The notes: generated from the letters alone by a model not told the origin. 64,000 nucleotides of DNA from Polyangiales bacterium (GCA_044229975.1 JBGARZ010000002.1:928001-992000), one strand, 5' to 3'. Shown: positions 49,082 through 60,012, numbered from the stretch's first letter. A program made the numbers and translations.

Positions 49082-49942
49082 ATGTCCATCAAGTCGTTTC
49101 TCGCCGGCAACCTCCGGCTGCGATCGCTGCTCTTCCCGTTGTTCAACCGCCTCAACCCGGGCGACGTCACGATCAGGCACCACTACACGGGCGCGCCGCT
49201 CCGCATCCATTCGTTCCGGCACCGCGGCTACTGGTGGCACGGGCGCGATCGCGAGGCGGAGACCATCGCCGCGTTTCAGGCGCTCGTGCGCGGCGGCGCG
49301 ACGGCCTTCGATGTCGGCACGCACGTCGGTTACATGAGCCTGCTGTTCTCGCAGCTCGTGGGCGCCTCCGGGCGCGTGGTGTCCTTCGAGCCCGGGGAAA
49401 ACAACCTGCCGTACACGCGCGCCAACCTCGCTGGCCACGTCAACATCACCGTCGTCGAGAAGGCCGTCGGTCCCACCACCGGCACCGCGACCATCTATCT
49501 CGAAGACGTCACTGGGCAGAACAACTCGCTCGTGAAGAACTACGACGGGCTGACCACCACCTCGGGCTCCTCGGTGAAGGCGCACGTCCGCGAGGTGTCC
49601 ATCCCGATGGTCTCGCTCGACGACTTCGTCCGATCGAGCGGGCTCGTGCCCGACTTCATCAAGATCGATGTGGAGGGCTTCGAGCTCGGGGTGCTTCAGG
49701 GCGCTGGTGAGACCCTCGCGAGTCACCACCCGATGCTGATGGTGGAGGTCGGCCGACCGGCGATGGTCGAGGTGACCGCTCTCTTGAGCGCACTCGGCTA
49801 CGTCGCGTATCGCCCCAATGGTCGCCCCATCCGAACGCTCGCCGACCGCGACTCCAACACGTTCTTCCTGCATCCCCAGCACCACGCCGAGGGGCTCCGC
49901 AGGCTCGGCTGGCCCGACGCGCCGTCCATCGCCGTCACCTGA
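49082..49942 (+). CDS. FkbM-family SAM-dependent methyltransferase
   Basis: FDVGTHVGY, SFEP, SLDDF..PDFIKIDVEGFELGVLQG. Confidence 0.9.
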   Translation: MSIKSFLAGNLRLRSLLFPLFNRLNPGDVTIRHHYTGAPLRIHSFRHRGYWWHGRDREAETIAAFQALVRGGATAFDVGTHVGYMSLLFSQLVGASGRVVSFEPGENNLPYTRANLAGHVNITVVEKAVGPTTGTATIYLEDVTGQNNSLVKNYDGLTTTSGSSVKAHVREVSIPMVSLDDFVRSSGLVPDFIKIDVEGFELGVLQGAGETLASHHPMLMVEVGRPAMVEVTALLSALGYVAYRPNGRPIRTLADRDSNTFFLHPQHHAEGLRRLGWPDAPSIAVT

Positions 49943-50729
49943 CTTCGTCGACGGGAGCGAGCGGCTCGTGGCGGCGAGACACCGCGAGCACCCAGCAGCC
50001 CAGCGCGGTCACGCCGATGCAGGCCCACTGCGCCGGGGTGAGGCCGCCGTAGCGGGGGTCGCTCTCCGGCCCGAGGTCCGTCGCCCGCAGGAAGTCCAAC
50101 GGGAACCTCATCAGCGAGTACGCCACCGCCAGCGCGCCGGCGATCATCCCGGGTCGACGCGTACGCCGCGAGACGATCACCACGAGCGCGATGAGCAGCG
50201 GCGTGAGGGCGAACTCGATGAGCCCGAGGTCATAGCGGGTGCCTCCCGGGAAGCGCACGCCGAGGGGTGAGTCGGTGAGCCTGCCGGGGTGGTCGTGCAC
50301 GACCGCGCAGCCCATGCGCCCGAAGAGCCAGCCGAAGGGGAAGGCGTAGGTTGCGAGGTCGAGGAAGACCCAGGGGTTGAGCTTCTTCACCAGCACGAAG
50401 GTGAGACCCGCGATGACCGCGCCGGTGATGCCGCCGAAGGACGACAGCCCGTGGTGGATCATGAAGAGCTCGCGCCAGTCACGACGCAGCACCTCCGGGT
50501 GATAGAAGATCGTGTCGAGCATGTGCCCCGCCAGGAAGCCTCCGGTGAAGGTGACCAGCACGAAGCGGTCGACGACGTTGGCGGGGCGGACGCCGATGGC
50601 GCGCGCGTGGCGCACGGTCATGTGGTGACCGAGCAGCACGCCGACGGCCACCAGCAGGCCGAAGGTGTGGAAGGTCACGCCGAAGACGCGAAACTCGGCG
50701 AGGTCGATGGCGGGGATCACGGTGGCCAC
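49935..50729 (-). CDS. lgt: Prolipoprotein diacylglyceryl transferase
   Basis: GLSSFGG, FGRMGC..HDHPG, RFPLDFLR, GLTPAQW. Confidence 0.88.
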   Translation of the reverse strand: MATVIPAIDLAEFRVFGVTFHTFGLLVAVGVLLGHHMTVRHARAIGVRPANVVDRFVLVTFTGGFLAGHMLDTIFYHPEVLRRDWRELFMIHHGLSSFGGITGAVIAGLTFVLVKKLNPWVFLDLATYAFPFGWLFGRMGCAVVHDHPGRLTDSPLGVRFPGGTRYDLGLIEFALTPLLIALVVIVSRRTRRPGMIAGALAVAYSLMRFPLDFLRATDLGPESDPRYGGLTPAQWACIGVTALGCWVLAVSRRHEPLAPVDEVR

Positions 50730-50754
50730 GACATACCCCGAAGCAGCGGGAGTG

Positions 50755-53064
50755 TCAGTCGAGGGTTCCGTCGGAGCGCAGACGGACGGAGACGAGTCCC
50801 TCGCGATCGGTGCGACGCAGCGGAACCCCGAGGCGATGGAAGCGCTCGACCACCACCGGGTGCGGGTGGTTGAAGGGCGACGGGTGCCCGCTCGACACGA
50901 GGGCCACCCGCGGTTGCAACGTGCGAACGAAGGGCTCGGTGGAGGAGGTTCGGCTGCCGTGGTGGCCTACCTTCAAGAGCGTCACCGGCGACATCTGCGG
51001 CAGGAGCAGCGCCTCGCCGTCGGCTTCGAGGTCGCCCGTGAGCAGCGCGCTCGACCGACCGAAGTCCAGCCGCAGCACCAGCGACGCGTCGTTGGGCGGA
51101 ACCTCCGGGTCCACCGCCGGACACGGCGCCACGACCGTCACCGTCACGCCGCCCATCACTCTCGCGCCGCACAGTGCCTCCGCCTCGCGCCGAACCACAC
51201 CTCGCCGCGCCGCCGCCACCACCGCGTCGCCGTAGAACCCCCGCATCCCCAGCGCCCTCCCCTGCCCCGTCTCCCAGAACTCCTCCACCGCCACGCCCTC
51301 GAACACCGCCCGCAGCCCCCCGCCGTGGTCGGGATGCGGATGCGTCAACGCCACGACCGAAAGATGCGTGCGCCTCGTCGCGCGCAGCCACGGCAGCACC
51401 ACCGTCGCTCCCGGGTCGGCCTCGCCGTGGAGAGCGCCGCCCGCGTCGACCAGCATCGTCTTGCCGTCGGGCAGATCGATCACCAACGCGTCGCCCTGCC
51501 CCACGTCGAGCGCCGTCACGCGCAGCGCGCCGTGCGGTGAGTGCCGGTCGCGCAGCCGCAGCTCCATCGCCCCGATGGCCACTGCGGCGACGATCGCGAG
51601 CGCAGCCCGCGCGCGCCAGCCGACCACCCACGCGAGCACCGGCACCACGGTCGCCACGACGGCCTGGGCAGTCGTCGGCGTGGGCCAGGTGACCGCCGCC
51701 CAGGGGATGTGTTGTGCCCATGTCGCGATCGCGAAGAGGGCACCCAGCACCCGCTCGTCGAGCCACGCGAGCGGTGTGGCGGCGGTGGTCGAGACCATGG
51801 CGACTGCGGCGGTGGCGAGGGTGAGCGGGAGCGCGACGACCTCGGCCAGGGGCGCGGCCACGAGGTTGGCGAGCGTGGCGAGTCCGGGCGATCGACCGAA
51901 GCGCAGCGCGAGCAGGGGCATCACCGCGACGCCCACGCGCACCGTCGCCAGGACAGCCTCGCGCGCCATCACCCATGCGCGGCGCGCCCACGACAACGAG
52001 CGCGGTGAGACGCTCGGATCGTCGGAGCGCAACACCAGCGCGGCGGTCGCCACGGTGGAGAGCTGGAGGCCGAGGTCCTGGACGAGCGCGGGCTCGACGA
52101 GCGCCATCGTGAGCACCGTGACGGCGAGGACATCGACGGCCCGCGGGTGACGCCCGGTGAGCGAGAGCAACGACACCATCACCCCCGAGACGAGCGCGCG
52201 TAGCGACGCAGGCGACTCGCCCGTCATCATCACGAACAGCCCCGCCAGCGGCAGCGGAACCACCCGCGCCAGTCGCCAACCCACGCCTCGCGCGGTGAGC
52301 CAGCGCGAGCGCTTGGACAGCCACACCACCACGGCCCCGAGGCCGCGCAGCACCACGGCGACGTGCGCCCCGCTCACGGCCAGCAGGTGGGCCAGACCCG
52401 TCTCGCGAAAGGCCTCCACCGTCGCGTCGTCGAGGCCGCGCTCGTCGCCGAAGAGCAGGGCGCTCGCTCGCGCCGACCCGACCGATGGGAGCGACCGTCG
52501 CAGCGCATCGTCTACCGCGTGCCGCGCGCGGCGAGCGACGCGGCGCATCCCGTCGAGCAACCCTCCGTCGCGGCCGAGCACCACGCACTGCGCGGTCTCG
52601 ACGCGCCACGCGACGCCGCGACGGAGACCCTGCATCGCCGGGTCTTCGAGCGGAGGGTTGCGCCACGGAACCACCGGACGCGCGCTCACCAACGCCGTCA
52701 CCCGATCGCCCGGCGCGGCGTCGCAGCGGCCGAGGGGAGCTCTCAGGGCGACGGTTCCGAAGGCGTCGGTCGCGACGAGGCAGCGCACCACGTCGCCGTA
52801 GGCATCACAGCCGCGAAGCACCCGACCTTCGAGGCGCAGCGCCGTCGGGTGCGGCGGCGCCGACCACCACGGCTCCGTCGGACCGCGCAGCGCGCCCGCG
52901 CATAACGACGCGAGCAACAGCGATGCGAGGGCGATCGTCGGTCGCGACGTGAGCCAGAGCAGCGCGAGCGACAGCAGCACCCCCGACAGTGCCGTCGTCG
53001 GGGAGACCCGCAGCCCCGTCCCGAGAGCCCACCCCGCAACCATCGTCACCACCGCCAGGCGCAT
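50755..53064 (-). CDS. comEC: DNA internalization competence protein ComEC/Rec2
   Basis: GLAHLLAVSGAHV, SLRA, GLQLS, metallo-beta-lactamase domain LDVGQGD, THPHPDHGGG, LTGD, KVGHHGS, HPHP. Confidence 0.93.
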   Translation of the reverse strand: MRLAVVTMVAGWALGTGLRVSPTTALSGVLLSLALLWLTSRPTIALASLLLASLCAGALRGPTEPWWSAPPHPTALRLEGRVLRGCDAYGDVVRCLVATDAFGTVALRAPLGRCDAAPGDRVTALVSARPVVPWRNPPLEDPAMQGLRRGVAWRVETAQCVVLGRDGGLLDGMRRVARRARHAVDDALRRSLPSVGSARASALLFGDERGLDDATVEAFRETGLAHLLAVSGAHVAVVLRGLGAVVVWLSKRSRWLTARGVGWRLARVVPLPLAGLFVMMTGESPASLRALVSGVMVSLLSLTGRHPRAVDVLAVTVLTMALVEPALVQDLGLQLSTVATAALVLRSDDPSVSPRSLSWARRAWVMAREAVLATVRVGVAVMPLLALRFGRSPGLATLANLVAAPLAEVVALPLTLATAAVAMVSTTAATPLAWLDERVLGALFAIATWAQHIPWAAVTWPTPTTAQAVVATVVPVLAWVVGWRARAALAIVAAVAIGAMELRLRDRHSPHGALRVTALDVGQGDALVIDLPDGKTMLVDAGGALHGEADPGATVVLPWLRATRRTHLSVVALTHPHPDHGGGLRAVFEGVAVEEFWETGQGRALGMRGFYGDAVVAAARRGVVRREAEALCGARVMGGVTVTVVAPCPAVDPEVPPNDASLVLRLDFGRSSALLTGDLEADGEALLLPQMSPVTLLKVGHHGSRTSSTEPFVRTLQPRVALVSSGHPSPFNHPHPVVVERFHRLGVPLRRTDREGLVSVRLRSDGTLD

Positions 53065-53177
53065 GGGGCGGCGCCTCACCACGGAGCGTGCCGTCCGCGA
53101 TCGCCTTGTTTTCCAGTGGACTCAGCGAGTAGAGCGGGCCGCCGCCATGGCGGCGGGTGGCGGCGGAGAGTTCGGGC

Positions 53178-53243
53178 TTGACCCTCCCGACCCTGACGCG
53201 TACGTAAGGGTTCGAGCCCCAACCCTTACGCATGGGTGAGGTT
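53178..53243 (+). promoter_or_regulatory. Putative promoter with two tandem 22-bp pseudo-palindromic MerR-type operators
   Basis: TTGACC (53178-53183), ACCCTGACG-CGTA-CGTAAGGGT (53190-53211), ACCCTTACG-CATG-GGTGAGGTT (53222-53243). Confidence 0.6.
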
Positions 53244-53263
53244 GCTCGCTCCCACGAGGTGTC

Positions 53264-53797
53264 ATGGCGATCCGGCTGCCCATCGCGATTCCCGAGCTGC
53301 TTGTTCCGCCGCCCAAGGGCGACGTGGGGCTGCTGCTGCGCGTGGGCGAGCTGGCGCAGAAGACCGAGAAGACCGTGCGGGCGCTGCACCTCTACGAAGA
53401 GCTCGGGCTGCTCCAGCCGAGCGAGCGCAGCAAAGGGGGCTTCCGGCTCTACAGCGACGACGCGGTGCTGCGCGTCCGCTGGATCTCGCGCTTGCAGGAC
53501 CTCGGGTTCTCGCTGCCCGACATCCGCGAGCTGGTGCTGGAGTGGGAGCGATCGGGCAACGCGACCGGTGCGATGTCGAAGGTGCGCGAGGTCTACCGAT
53601 CGAAGCTCCGCGACACCGAAGAGCAGATCAAGCATCTGAGCGCATTGAGAGATGAGCTCCGCAGCTCGGTGGCCTACCTGGAGACCTGCGACGAGTGCCA
53701 GCCCGAGAAGCCCATCACGGCGTGTCCGCGCTGCGACCTGCACGGGTACAGCGCGCCCGACCTCGTGGCGGGCCTTCACGGCTGCCGACAAGATTGA
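53264..53797 (+). CDS. MerR-family transcriptional regulator with a C-terminal Cys cluster, first gene of the isc operon
   Basis: [42 protein letters not shown]-terminal CDEC-x8-CPRC. GAGGTG RBS. Confidence 0.92.
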   Translation: MAIRLPIAIPELLVPPPKGDVGLLLRVGELAQKTEKTVRALHLYEELGLLQPSERSKGGFRLYSDDAVLRVRWISRLQDLGFSLPDIRELVLEWERSGNATGAMSKVREVYRSKLRDTEEQIKHLSALRDELRSSVAYLETCDECQPEKPITACPRCDLHGYSAPDLVAGLHGCRQD

Positions 53798-53817
53798 CGA
53801 CAAGGGAGAGCAAGACG

Positions 53818-55047
53818 ATGTCCCTCAAGTTTCCGATCTACATGGACTACCACGCGACCACGCCGATGGACCCGCGCGTGCTCGATACGATGATCCCGTA
53901 CTTCACCGAGCACTTCGGCAACGCCGCGTCGCGCTCGCACAAGTTCGGGTGGACCGCCGAAGAGGCCGTCAACTACGCCCGCGAGCAGGTCGCCACGCTC
54001 ATCGGCGCCGACAAGCCCGAGGAGATCGTGTTCACGTCCGGCGCGAGCGAGAGCGACAACCTGGCCATCAAGGGCGTCGCGGAGTTCTATCGGGACAAGG
54101 GCAACCACATCATCACCACGAAGATCGAGCACAAGGCCGTGCTCGACACCTGCAAGCGCCTGGAGAAGCAGGGCTACGAGGTGACCTACCTCGACGTGGG
54201 TGTTGAAGGTGTGGTCAGCGTCGACGACGTCCGCAACGCCATCACCGACAAGACCATCCTCGTCTCGGTGATGCTCGCCAACAACGAGGTCGGCACCGTC
54301 CAGCCCATCAAGGAGATCGGCAAGCTCTGCAAGGAGCGCGGGGTGATCTTCCACACCGACGCGGTGCAGGGCATCGGCAAGACCGAGTTCAATGTGAAGG
54401 ACATGGACGTCGACCTCGCGTCCATCACGGCGCACAAGCTCTACGGGCCGAAGGGCGTGGGTGCCCTCTACGTGCGGCGCTCCAAGCCGCGCGTGCGCCT
54501 CACGGCGCAGATCGACGGCGGCGGCCACGAGCGCGGCAACCGCTCTGGGACGCTTAACGTCCCGGGCATCGTCGGCTTCGGCAAGGCGTGCGAGATCCTC
54601 ACCAAGGAGTGGCGCCAGGAGGCCGCGAAGCTGAAGTCGCTGCGCGATCGGTTGAAGGACAAGATCTTCGCGGGCCTGGACGACGTGACCATCAACGGCG
54701 CGTGGGACGACGTGCGGCGGCTGCCCAACAACCTCAACATCTCCTTCGCGTACGTCGAAGGAGAGGGGCTGATGATGCACCTCAAGGACGTGGCGGTGTC
54801 GTCGGGCAGCGCGTGCACCAGCTCGTCGCTCGAGCCGTCGTACGTGCTGCGCGCGCTCGGCGTCGAGGAGGAGATGGCGCACACCAGCATTCGCTTCAGC
54901 GTCGGCCGCTTCACGACCGAGGAAGAGATCGACTTCGTGGCGAACCTGGTGTTGGACAAGGTCAAGAAGCTCCGCGACCTGTCGCCGCTCTACGAGATGG
55001 CCAAGGAGGGCGTGAACCTCAAGGACATCGCCTGGACGGCGCACTGA
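53818..55047 (+). CDS. iscS: Cysteine desulfurase IscS
   Basis: [47 protein letters not shown]. Confidence 0.97.
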   Translation: MSLKFPIYMDYHATTPMDPRVLDTMIPYFTEHFGNAASRSHKFGWTAEEAVNYAREQVATLIGADKPEEIVFTSGASESDNLAIKGVAEFYRDKGNHIITTKIEHKAVLDTCKRLEKQGYEVTYLDVGVEGVVSVDDVRNAITDKTILVSVMLANNEVGTVQPIKEIGKLCKERGVIFHTDAVQGIGKTEFNVKDMDVDLASITAHKLYGPKGVGALYVRRSKPRVRLTAQIDGGGHERGNRSGTLNVPGIVGFGKACEILTKEWRQEAAKLKSLRDRLKDKIFAGLDDVTINGAWDDVRRLPNNLNISFAYVEGEGLMMHLKDVAVSSGSACTSSSLEPSYVLRALGVEEEMAHTSIRFSVGRFTTEEEIDFVANLVLDKVKKLRDLSPLYEMAKEGVNLKDIAWTAH

Positions 55048-55087
55048 GATTGTCGGCAGAGCTTTTCAACGGATAAGGGAGACGGTC

Positions 55088-55483
55088 ATGGCATACAGCG
55101 ACAAGGTCATCGAGCACGCAGAAAACCCGCGCAACGTGGGCACCCTCGACAAGGAAGACCCCAACGTGGGCACCGGCCTCGTGGGCGCGCCCGCCTGCGG
55201 CGACGTGATGCGGTTGCAGATCAAGGTGAGCGACGCGGGCGTCATCGAAGACGCGAAGTTCAAGACCTTCGGCTGCGGCTCGGCCATCGCGAGCTCGTCG
55301 CTGGCCACCGAGTGGCTCAAGGGCCGCACGCTCGACGAGGCGGGCGAGATCCGCAACACCGACATCGTGAAGGAGCTCAACCTCCCGCCGGTGAAGATCC
55401 ACTGCTCGGTGCTGGCGGAAGACGCCATCAAGAGCGCCATCGAAGACTTCCGCAAGAAGCAGGCGGCCAAGCGCGGCGCCTGA
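55088..55483 (+). CDS. iscU: Fe-S cluster scaffold IscU
   Basis: MAYSDKV..NPRNVG, APACGDVM, FGCGSAIA, LPPVKIHCS. Confidence 0.98.
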   Translation: MAYSDKVIEHAENPRNVGTLDKEDPNVGTGLVGAPACGDVMRLQIKVSDAGVIEDAKFKTFGCGSAIASSSLATEWLKGRTLDEAGEIRNTDIVKELNLPPVKIHCSVLAEDAIKSAIEDFRKKQAAKRGA

Positions 55484-55505
55484 GATCGTAGGAGAGGAGA
55501 GAGCG

Positions 55506-55844
55506 ATGTCGACAGAGCTGGCAGTGCAGGTGACGCCGAAGGCAGTGCTGAAGGCCAAGGAGGCCCTCGCCAAGCGGGGAACCCCCGAGGCGGCCCTGCG
55601 GCTGGGCGTGCGCGGCGGCGGGTGCTCGGGCTTCTCCTACGTGATCGAGTTCGCCGACAAGACCGGCAAGCGCGACCAGGTGTTCGAGTTCGATGGGCTG
55701 CGCGTGGTGGTCGACCCGAAGTCGCTGGTGTTCTTGAACGGCACCACCCTCGACTACGAGGTGAAGCTCATGCAGCACGGGTTCAAGTTCGTGAACCCCA
55801 ATGAAGAGACGGGCTGCGGCTGCGGCGAGAGCTTCGGCGTCTAG
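55506..55844 (+). CDS. iscA: A-type Fe-S carrier IscA
   Basis: GGGCSGFSY, NPN..CGCGESF. Confidence 0.95.
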   Translation: MSTELAVQVTPKAVLKAKEALAKRGTPEAALRLGVRGGGCSGFSYVIEFADKTGKRDQVFEFDGLRVVVDPKSLVFLNGTTLDYEVKLMQHGFKFVNPNEETGCGCGESFGV

Positions 55845-55868
55845 ACTCCTCCAACCCTCACCACTCCC

Positions 55869-56390
55869 ATGAACGACCCCTTCGAGCTCCTGGGCGTCGC
55901 GCGTCGCTTCTCCCTCGACCGCGCCGCGCTGGAGCAACGCCACCGCGACCTCTCCCGCACCCTCCACCCCGACCGCTACACCCAGGCGCCCGCGGGCGAG
56001 CGGCGCATGGCCCTCGAACGCGCCGTCGCCGTCAACGAAGCCTTCCGCGCGCTGCGCGACCCCCTCACCCGCGCCGATGCCCTGCTCACGGCGCACGGGG
56101 TCTCCATCGGCGACGCCGACCGCCCGTCGCAGTCGCTGCTCATGGAGATCATGGAGCTGCGCGAGTCCCTCGACGACGCCCGCCGCTCACCCGACAAGGT
56201 GACGGCGCTGCTCTCGCAGGTGCGCGCCCGATCGAAGTCCGAAGAGGCCACCCTCGCCGCCGTCTTCGATGCCGAGACCGCCCCCGCGGCCGACGCGCTC
56301 AACAGCGCCCGTGATGCGCTGGTGCGGCTCAAGTACTTCCGCCGCTTCGAGGACGAGGCCGACGCCGCGCTCGAAGCCCACGACACCTGA
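55869..56390 (+). CDS. hscB: Fe-S co-chaperone HscB
   Basis: J-domain HPD, NEAFRALRDP..RA, LMEIMELRE, RLKYF. Confidence 0.93.
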   Translation: MNDPFELLGVARRFSLDRAALEQRHRDLSRTLHPDRYTQAPAGERRMALERAVAVNEAFRALRDPLTRADALLTAHGVSIGDADRPSQSLLMEIMELRESLDDARRSPDKVTALLSQVRARSKSEEATLAAVFDAETAPAADALNSARDALVRLKYFRRFEDEADAALEAHDT

Positions 56391-56400
56391 AAGCCACGCC

Positions 56401-58338
56401 ATGGCGCTCCTCCAGATCTTCGACCCCTCCGCGCGACCGACGCCCATCGGCATCGACCTCGGCACCACGCACTCGCTGGTCGCCTATGTCCTCGACGGTC
56501 GCCCCGACTGCATCCTCGATTGTGACCTCGAAGCGCTCACGCCCAGCGTCGTTCATTACATGCAGGGTGGCGGCGTGATGGTCGGAACCGACGCCAAGGA
56601 GAAGGCCGCCCTCCACCCGCGAGAGACCCTCGCCTCGGTGAAGCGCTTCATGGGCCGCGGCGCCGACGACGCCGAGACGCGACGCCTGGGCACCTACGAG
56701 TTCGCGCCGCCCGGTGAGGGCGAGTCCAACACCGTCCGCTTCAAGGTGCACAACCGCACCGTCACGCCCGTCGAGGTGTCGGCGGAGATCCTCCGCGTGC
56801 TGCGGAGCAACGCCGAAGACAAGCTGCGCACCATCGGCGGCGCGGTGATCACGGTGCCCGCGTACTTCGACGAGGCCCAGCGCCAGGCCACCAAGGACGC
56901 CGCGAAGCTCGCCAACATCGAGGTGCTGCGGCTGCTCAACGAGCCCACCGCCGCGGCGCTCGCGTACGGCCTCGACAAGGGTCGCACCACCGGCACCTTC
57001 GCCGTCTACGACCTCGGCGGCGGAACCTTCGACGTCACCATCCTCTCCCTCGACGACGGGGTCTTCCAGGTGCGCTCGACGGGCGGCGACGCGCAGCTCG
57101 GCGGCGACGACATGGACCGCCTCGTCGCCGACTGGGCCTTCCAGCAGATGGGCATGGACCCGGCGAAGGCTCCGCCGGGGCTCGTTCGCGTGGTGCTCGA
57201 CGCGGCCCGCACGGCCAAGCACGACCTCACCGACCGCCCGGAGACCTCGCTCGCAGTCGACGCCACCGAGGTGACGTTTCAGTGCCCGCTGCGGCGCACG
57301 GAGTTCGAGGACATCGTGCGGCCCGTCATCGAGCGCACCACGCCCGCCGTGAAGCGCGCCTTGCGCGACGCGGGCCTGAAGCCCGACGAGATCGACGGCG
57401 TCATCCTGGTGGGCGGGAGCACGCGCGTTCCGGCGGTGCGCGATCATGTGAAGGCGCTCTTCGGACAGGAACCGTTGTCCGATATCGACCCCGACAAGGT
57501 TGTCGCCTATGGAGCGGCCATCCAGGCGCACCTGCTGGCGGGCGAAGGCGCCAAGGACGACGCGCTCATCCTCGACGTGATTCCGCTCTCGCTCGGCATC
57601 GAGACCATGGGCGGGGTGGCCGAGAAGATCCTGCCGCGCAACACCACGATTCCGGCGGGTCGGGCGCAGCAGTTCACCACGTACGCCGACAACCAGACGG
57701 GCTTCGAGGTTCATGTGGTGCAGGGCGAGCGCGAGCTGGCCGCTGACAACCGCTCGCTGGCGAAGTTCACGCTGAAGGGGATTCCGCCGCTGCCTGCGGG
57801 CGCCGCGAAGCTGGAGGTGACCTTCCGCGTCGACGCCGACGGGATGCTCACCGTGACGGCGCGCGAGCTCAACACGGGCGTCGAGCAGCGCATCGAGGTG
57901 ACGCCGTCGTTCGGGCTGACGGGCGACGACGTCGAGCGGATGCTGATGGAGTCCTACGAGCACGCGGAGTCCGACCTCGCGGCGCGGCAGTTGCGCGAGC
58001 GCATCACCGACGCCGAGCGGGTGATGTCGGCGACGGAAGCGGCGCTCAAGGCCGATGGCGACCTGTTGGACGAAGACGAGCGGGCGGAGCTCGACGGGGC
58101 GCTCAAGGCGCTGCGGGCGGCCGTGGCGGCGCAGGACGGGAAGATGGTTCATCTGCGGACGGAGGGCCTCGACCGCGCGACGCAGCCGCTGGCCGAGCGG
58201 CGCATGGACCGGGCGGTGCAGCACGCGATGAAGGGCCGCGCCGTCGGTGACATCGAGGACACGGTGAAGGACCGGCCGGAGCACCCGCACCTCGCAGCGG
58301 CGTACGCGAAGGACGACGGTTCGAAGGAGAACGGCTGA
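56401..58338 (+). CDS. hscA: Fe-S chaperone HscA (Hsp70)
   Basis: MALLQI start, [34 protein letters not shown], and position in the isc operon. Confidence 0.95.
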   Translation: MALLQIFDPSARPTPIGIDLGTTHSLVAYVLDGRPDCILDCDLEALTPSVVHYMQGGGVMVGTDAKEKAALHPRETLASVKRFMGRGADDAETRRLGTYEFAPPGEGESNTVRFKVHNRTVTPVEVSAEILRVLRSNAEDKLRTIGGAVITVPAYFDEAQRQATKDAAKLANIEVLRLLNEPTAAALAYGLDKGRTTGTFAVYDLGGGTFDVTILSLDDGVFQVRSTGGDAQLGGDDMDRLVADWAFQQMGMDPAKAPPGLVRVVLDAARTAKHDLTDRPETSLAVDATEVTFQCPLRRTEFEDIVRPVIERTTPAVKRALRDAGLKPDEIDGVILVGGSTRVPAVRDHVKALFGQEPLSDIDPDKVVAYGAAIQAHLLAGEGAKDDALILDVIPLSLGIETMGGVAEKILPRNTTIPAGRAQQFTTYADNQTGFEVHVVQGERELAADNRSLAKFTLKGIPPLPAGAAKLEVTFRVDADGMLTVTARELNTGVEQRIEVTPSFGLTGDDVERMLMESYEHAESDLAARQLRERITDAERVMSATEAALKADGDLLDEDERAELDGALKALRAAVAAQDGKMVHLRTEGLDRATQPLAERRMDRAVQHAMKGRAVGDIEDTVKDRPEHPHLAAAYAKDDGSKENG

Positions 58339-58712
58339 TGGCGACGGTGCGCTTTCTCAACACGGATGACGGCGTGGTGGAGGTGGAGGTTCCGCTCGGG
58401 ACGAGCCTGCTCGAAGCCGCGCAGAAGGCCAACGCGCCCGAGGGTTCGGCCTGCGGCGGGGTGTGCGGCTGCTCGACCTGCCACGTGCACGTGAAGAAGG
58501 GCCTCAACCTCCTCTCCGAGGGCGAAGACGAAGAGAACGACATTCTCGACAAGGCCTTCGACGTGACGTCGATTTCGCGCCTGGGCTGTCAGGCGAGAAT
58601 CGAGCGCGAGGGTCTCGTGGAGTTGTTCATCACCAAGGAGTCCTATGACACCTGGTACAACGAACACCCCAAAGAGCGTCACGCCCGCGACGAGCGCCTG
58701 AAGGCGAAGTAG
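58338..58712 (+). CDS. fdx: ISC-type 2Fe-2S ferredoxin
   Basis: ACGGVCGCSTCHV, SRLGCQ. Confidence 0.93.
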   Translation: MATVRFLNTDDGVVEVEVPLGTSLLEAAQKANAPEGSACGGVCGCSTCHVHVKKGLNLLSEGEDEENDILDKAFDVTSISRLGCQARIEREGLVELFITKESYDTWYNEHPKERHARDERLKAK

Positions 58713-58725
58713 CGGTAACGCTCTC

Positions 58726-59943
58726 GTGCGCTGGGTCATCCTCGCGCTGTTCGCGCTCACCTACGCAGGCATCTCGGCGCGGCGCGTGGCGCTGCTGCCC
58801 ATCGGGCGCCCGTCGCTCGCGCTCGTGGGCGCGACGGCGCTGGTGATCGCCGGGCACTTCGCGGGCGACCACGGGCTCTCCCCCGACGCCGCGCTCCACG
58901 CGGTGGAGCCCAACACCATCGCGCTCCTCGTGGCGATGATGATGGTCTCGGGAGCGCTCGGTGAATCGGGCTTCTTCGACCGCGCGACGGACGCGCTCGC
59001 TCGGCGGACGCGCTCGCACACGACGCTGCTCTACGTGGTGACGGTGGGCGCGGGTCTGCTCTCGGCGGTGCTGGTCAACGACGCGGTGTGCGTTCTCGCG
59101 ACGCCGCTGGTGGTGCGTCTCGCGCGGCGGGTCGGGGCGTCGGTGCGGCCGCTGCTCTTCGCGGTGGCGATGGGCTCCAACGCGGGCAGCGCGCTCACCC
59201 TCGGTGGCAATCCGCAGAACATGCTCGTCGCGCGGCTCTCGGGGCTGAGCTACCGCGGGTACCTCGCCCACGCGGCGCTCCCGACGATGGCGGCGTTGGC
59301 GGTGACGGCGGCGCTCCTCCATTGGACCTTCCGCGGGCGCTTGTCCGATAGCGCGCCGGTGGCGGAGACCGAGGCGCCGGTGGTGTCGGATGACCGGCTG
59401 ATGCGCTGGACGCTGCTCGCCGTGGTGGTGGTGATCGTCGCCAACCTGGGCGGCGCGCCGCTGGCGTGGAGCGCGCTGGCGGGCGCATCGCTGGCGCTCA
59501 TGGCGGCGCGCGAGCGAACGGACCGGGTGCTCGCGCGGGTCGAGTGGAGCGTGCCGGTGTTCTTCGCGGGGCTCTTCGTGTCGGTGGCGGCGCTGCGACA
59601 GACGGGGCTCGTGGCGGCGCTGCTCGCCCGCATGGGGCCGGCCGTCGGGGAAGGCGCGCTGGCGCCGGTGATCGCGCTGGGCTCGCAGGTGGTGAGCAAT
59701 GTTCCGCTCATCCTGTTGCTGGAGCCATGGATCCGCGGCTTCGCCGACGCCGACCGGGCGTGGACGGTGACGGCGCTGGTGTCGACGCTGGCGGGCAACC
59801 TCACGCTGCTGGGCAGCGTGGCCAACGTGATCGTCTTCGAGCAGGCCAGGGAGCCGGTCGGGTTCGTCGAGTATCTGAAGGTGGGCGTACCGGTGACGGT
59901 GTTCTCGACGGGGCTCGCGCTGGGGCTGCTGCACTGGGTCTGA
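58726..59943 (+). CDS. ArsB/NhaD/CitMHS (IT superfamily) anion permease
   Basis: VLVNDAVC, SNAGSALTLGGNPQN, VSNVP, STLAGNLTLLGSVANVIV. Confidence 0.88.
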   Translation: MRWVILALFALTYAGISARRVALLPIGRPSLALVGATALVIAGHFAGDHGLSPDAALHAVEPNTIALLVAMMMVSGALGESGFFDRATDALARRTRSHTTLLYVVTVGAGLLSAVLVNDAVCVLATPLVVRLARRVGASVRPLLFAVAMGSNAGSALTLGGNPQNMLVARLSGLSYRGYLAHAALPTMAALAVTAALLHWTFRGRLSDSAPVAETEAPVVSDDRLMRWTLLAVVVVIVANLGGAPLAWSALAGASLALMAARERTDRVLARVEWSVPVFFAGLFVSVAALRQTGLVAALLARMGPAVGEGALAPVIALGSQVVSNVPLILLLEPWIRGFADADRAWTVTALVSTLAGNLTLLGSVANVIVFEQAREPVGFVEYLKVGVPVTVFSTGLALGLLHWV

Positions 59944-60012
59944 TTGCAATCACCGGCGTCGAAGGGCGCGCTGACCTACCCGTCCCCTCGCCCGCGCTGG
60001 TAGCGTCCGCCG

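Noticed and set aside
53264..53797. soxR or iscR
   Set aside because: It has a MerR fold, so it is not IscR, and its Cys spacing CxxC-x8-CxxC differs from the SoxR cluster motif. No gene symbol was assigned.
56401..58338. dnaK
   Set aside because: The MALLQI N-terminus and the position between hscB and fdx identify HscA.
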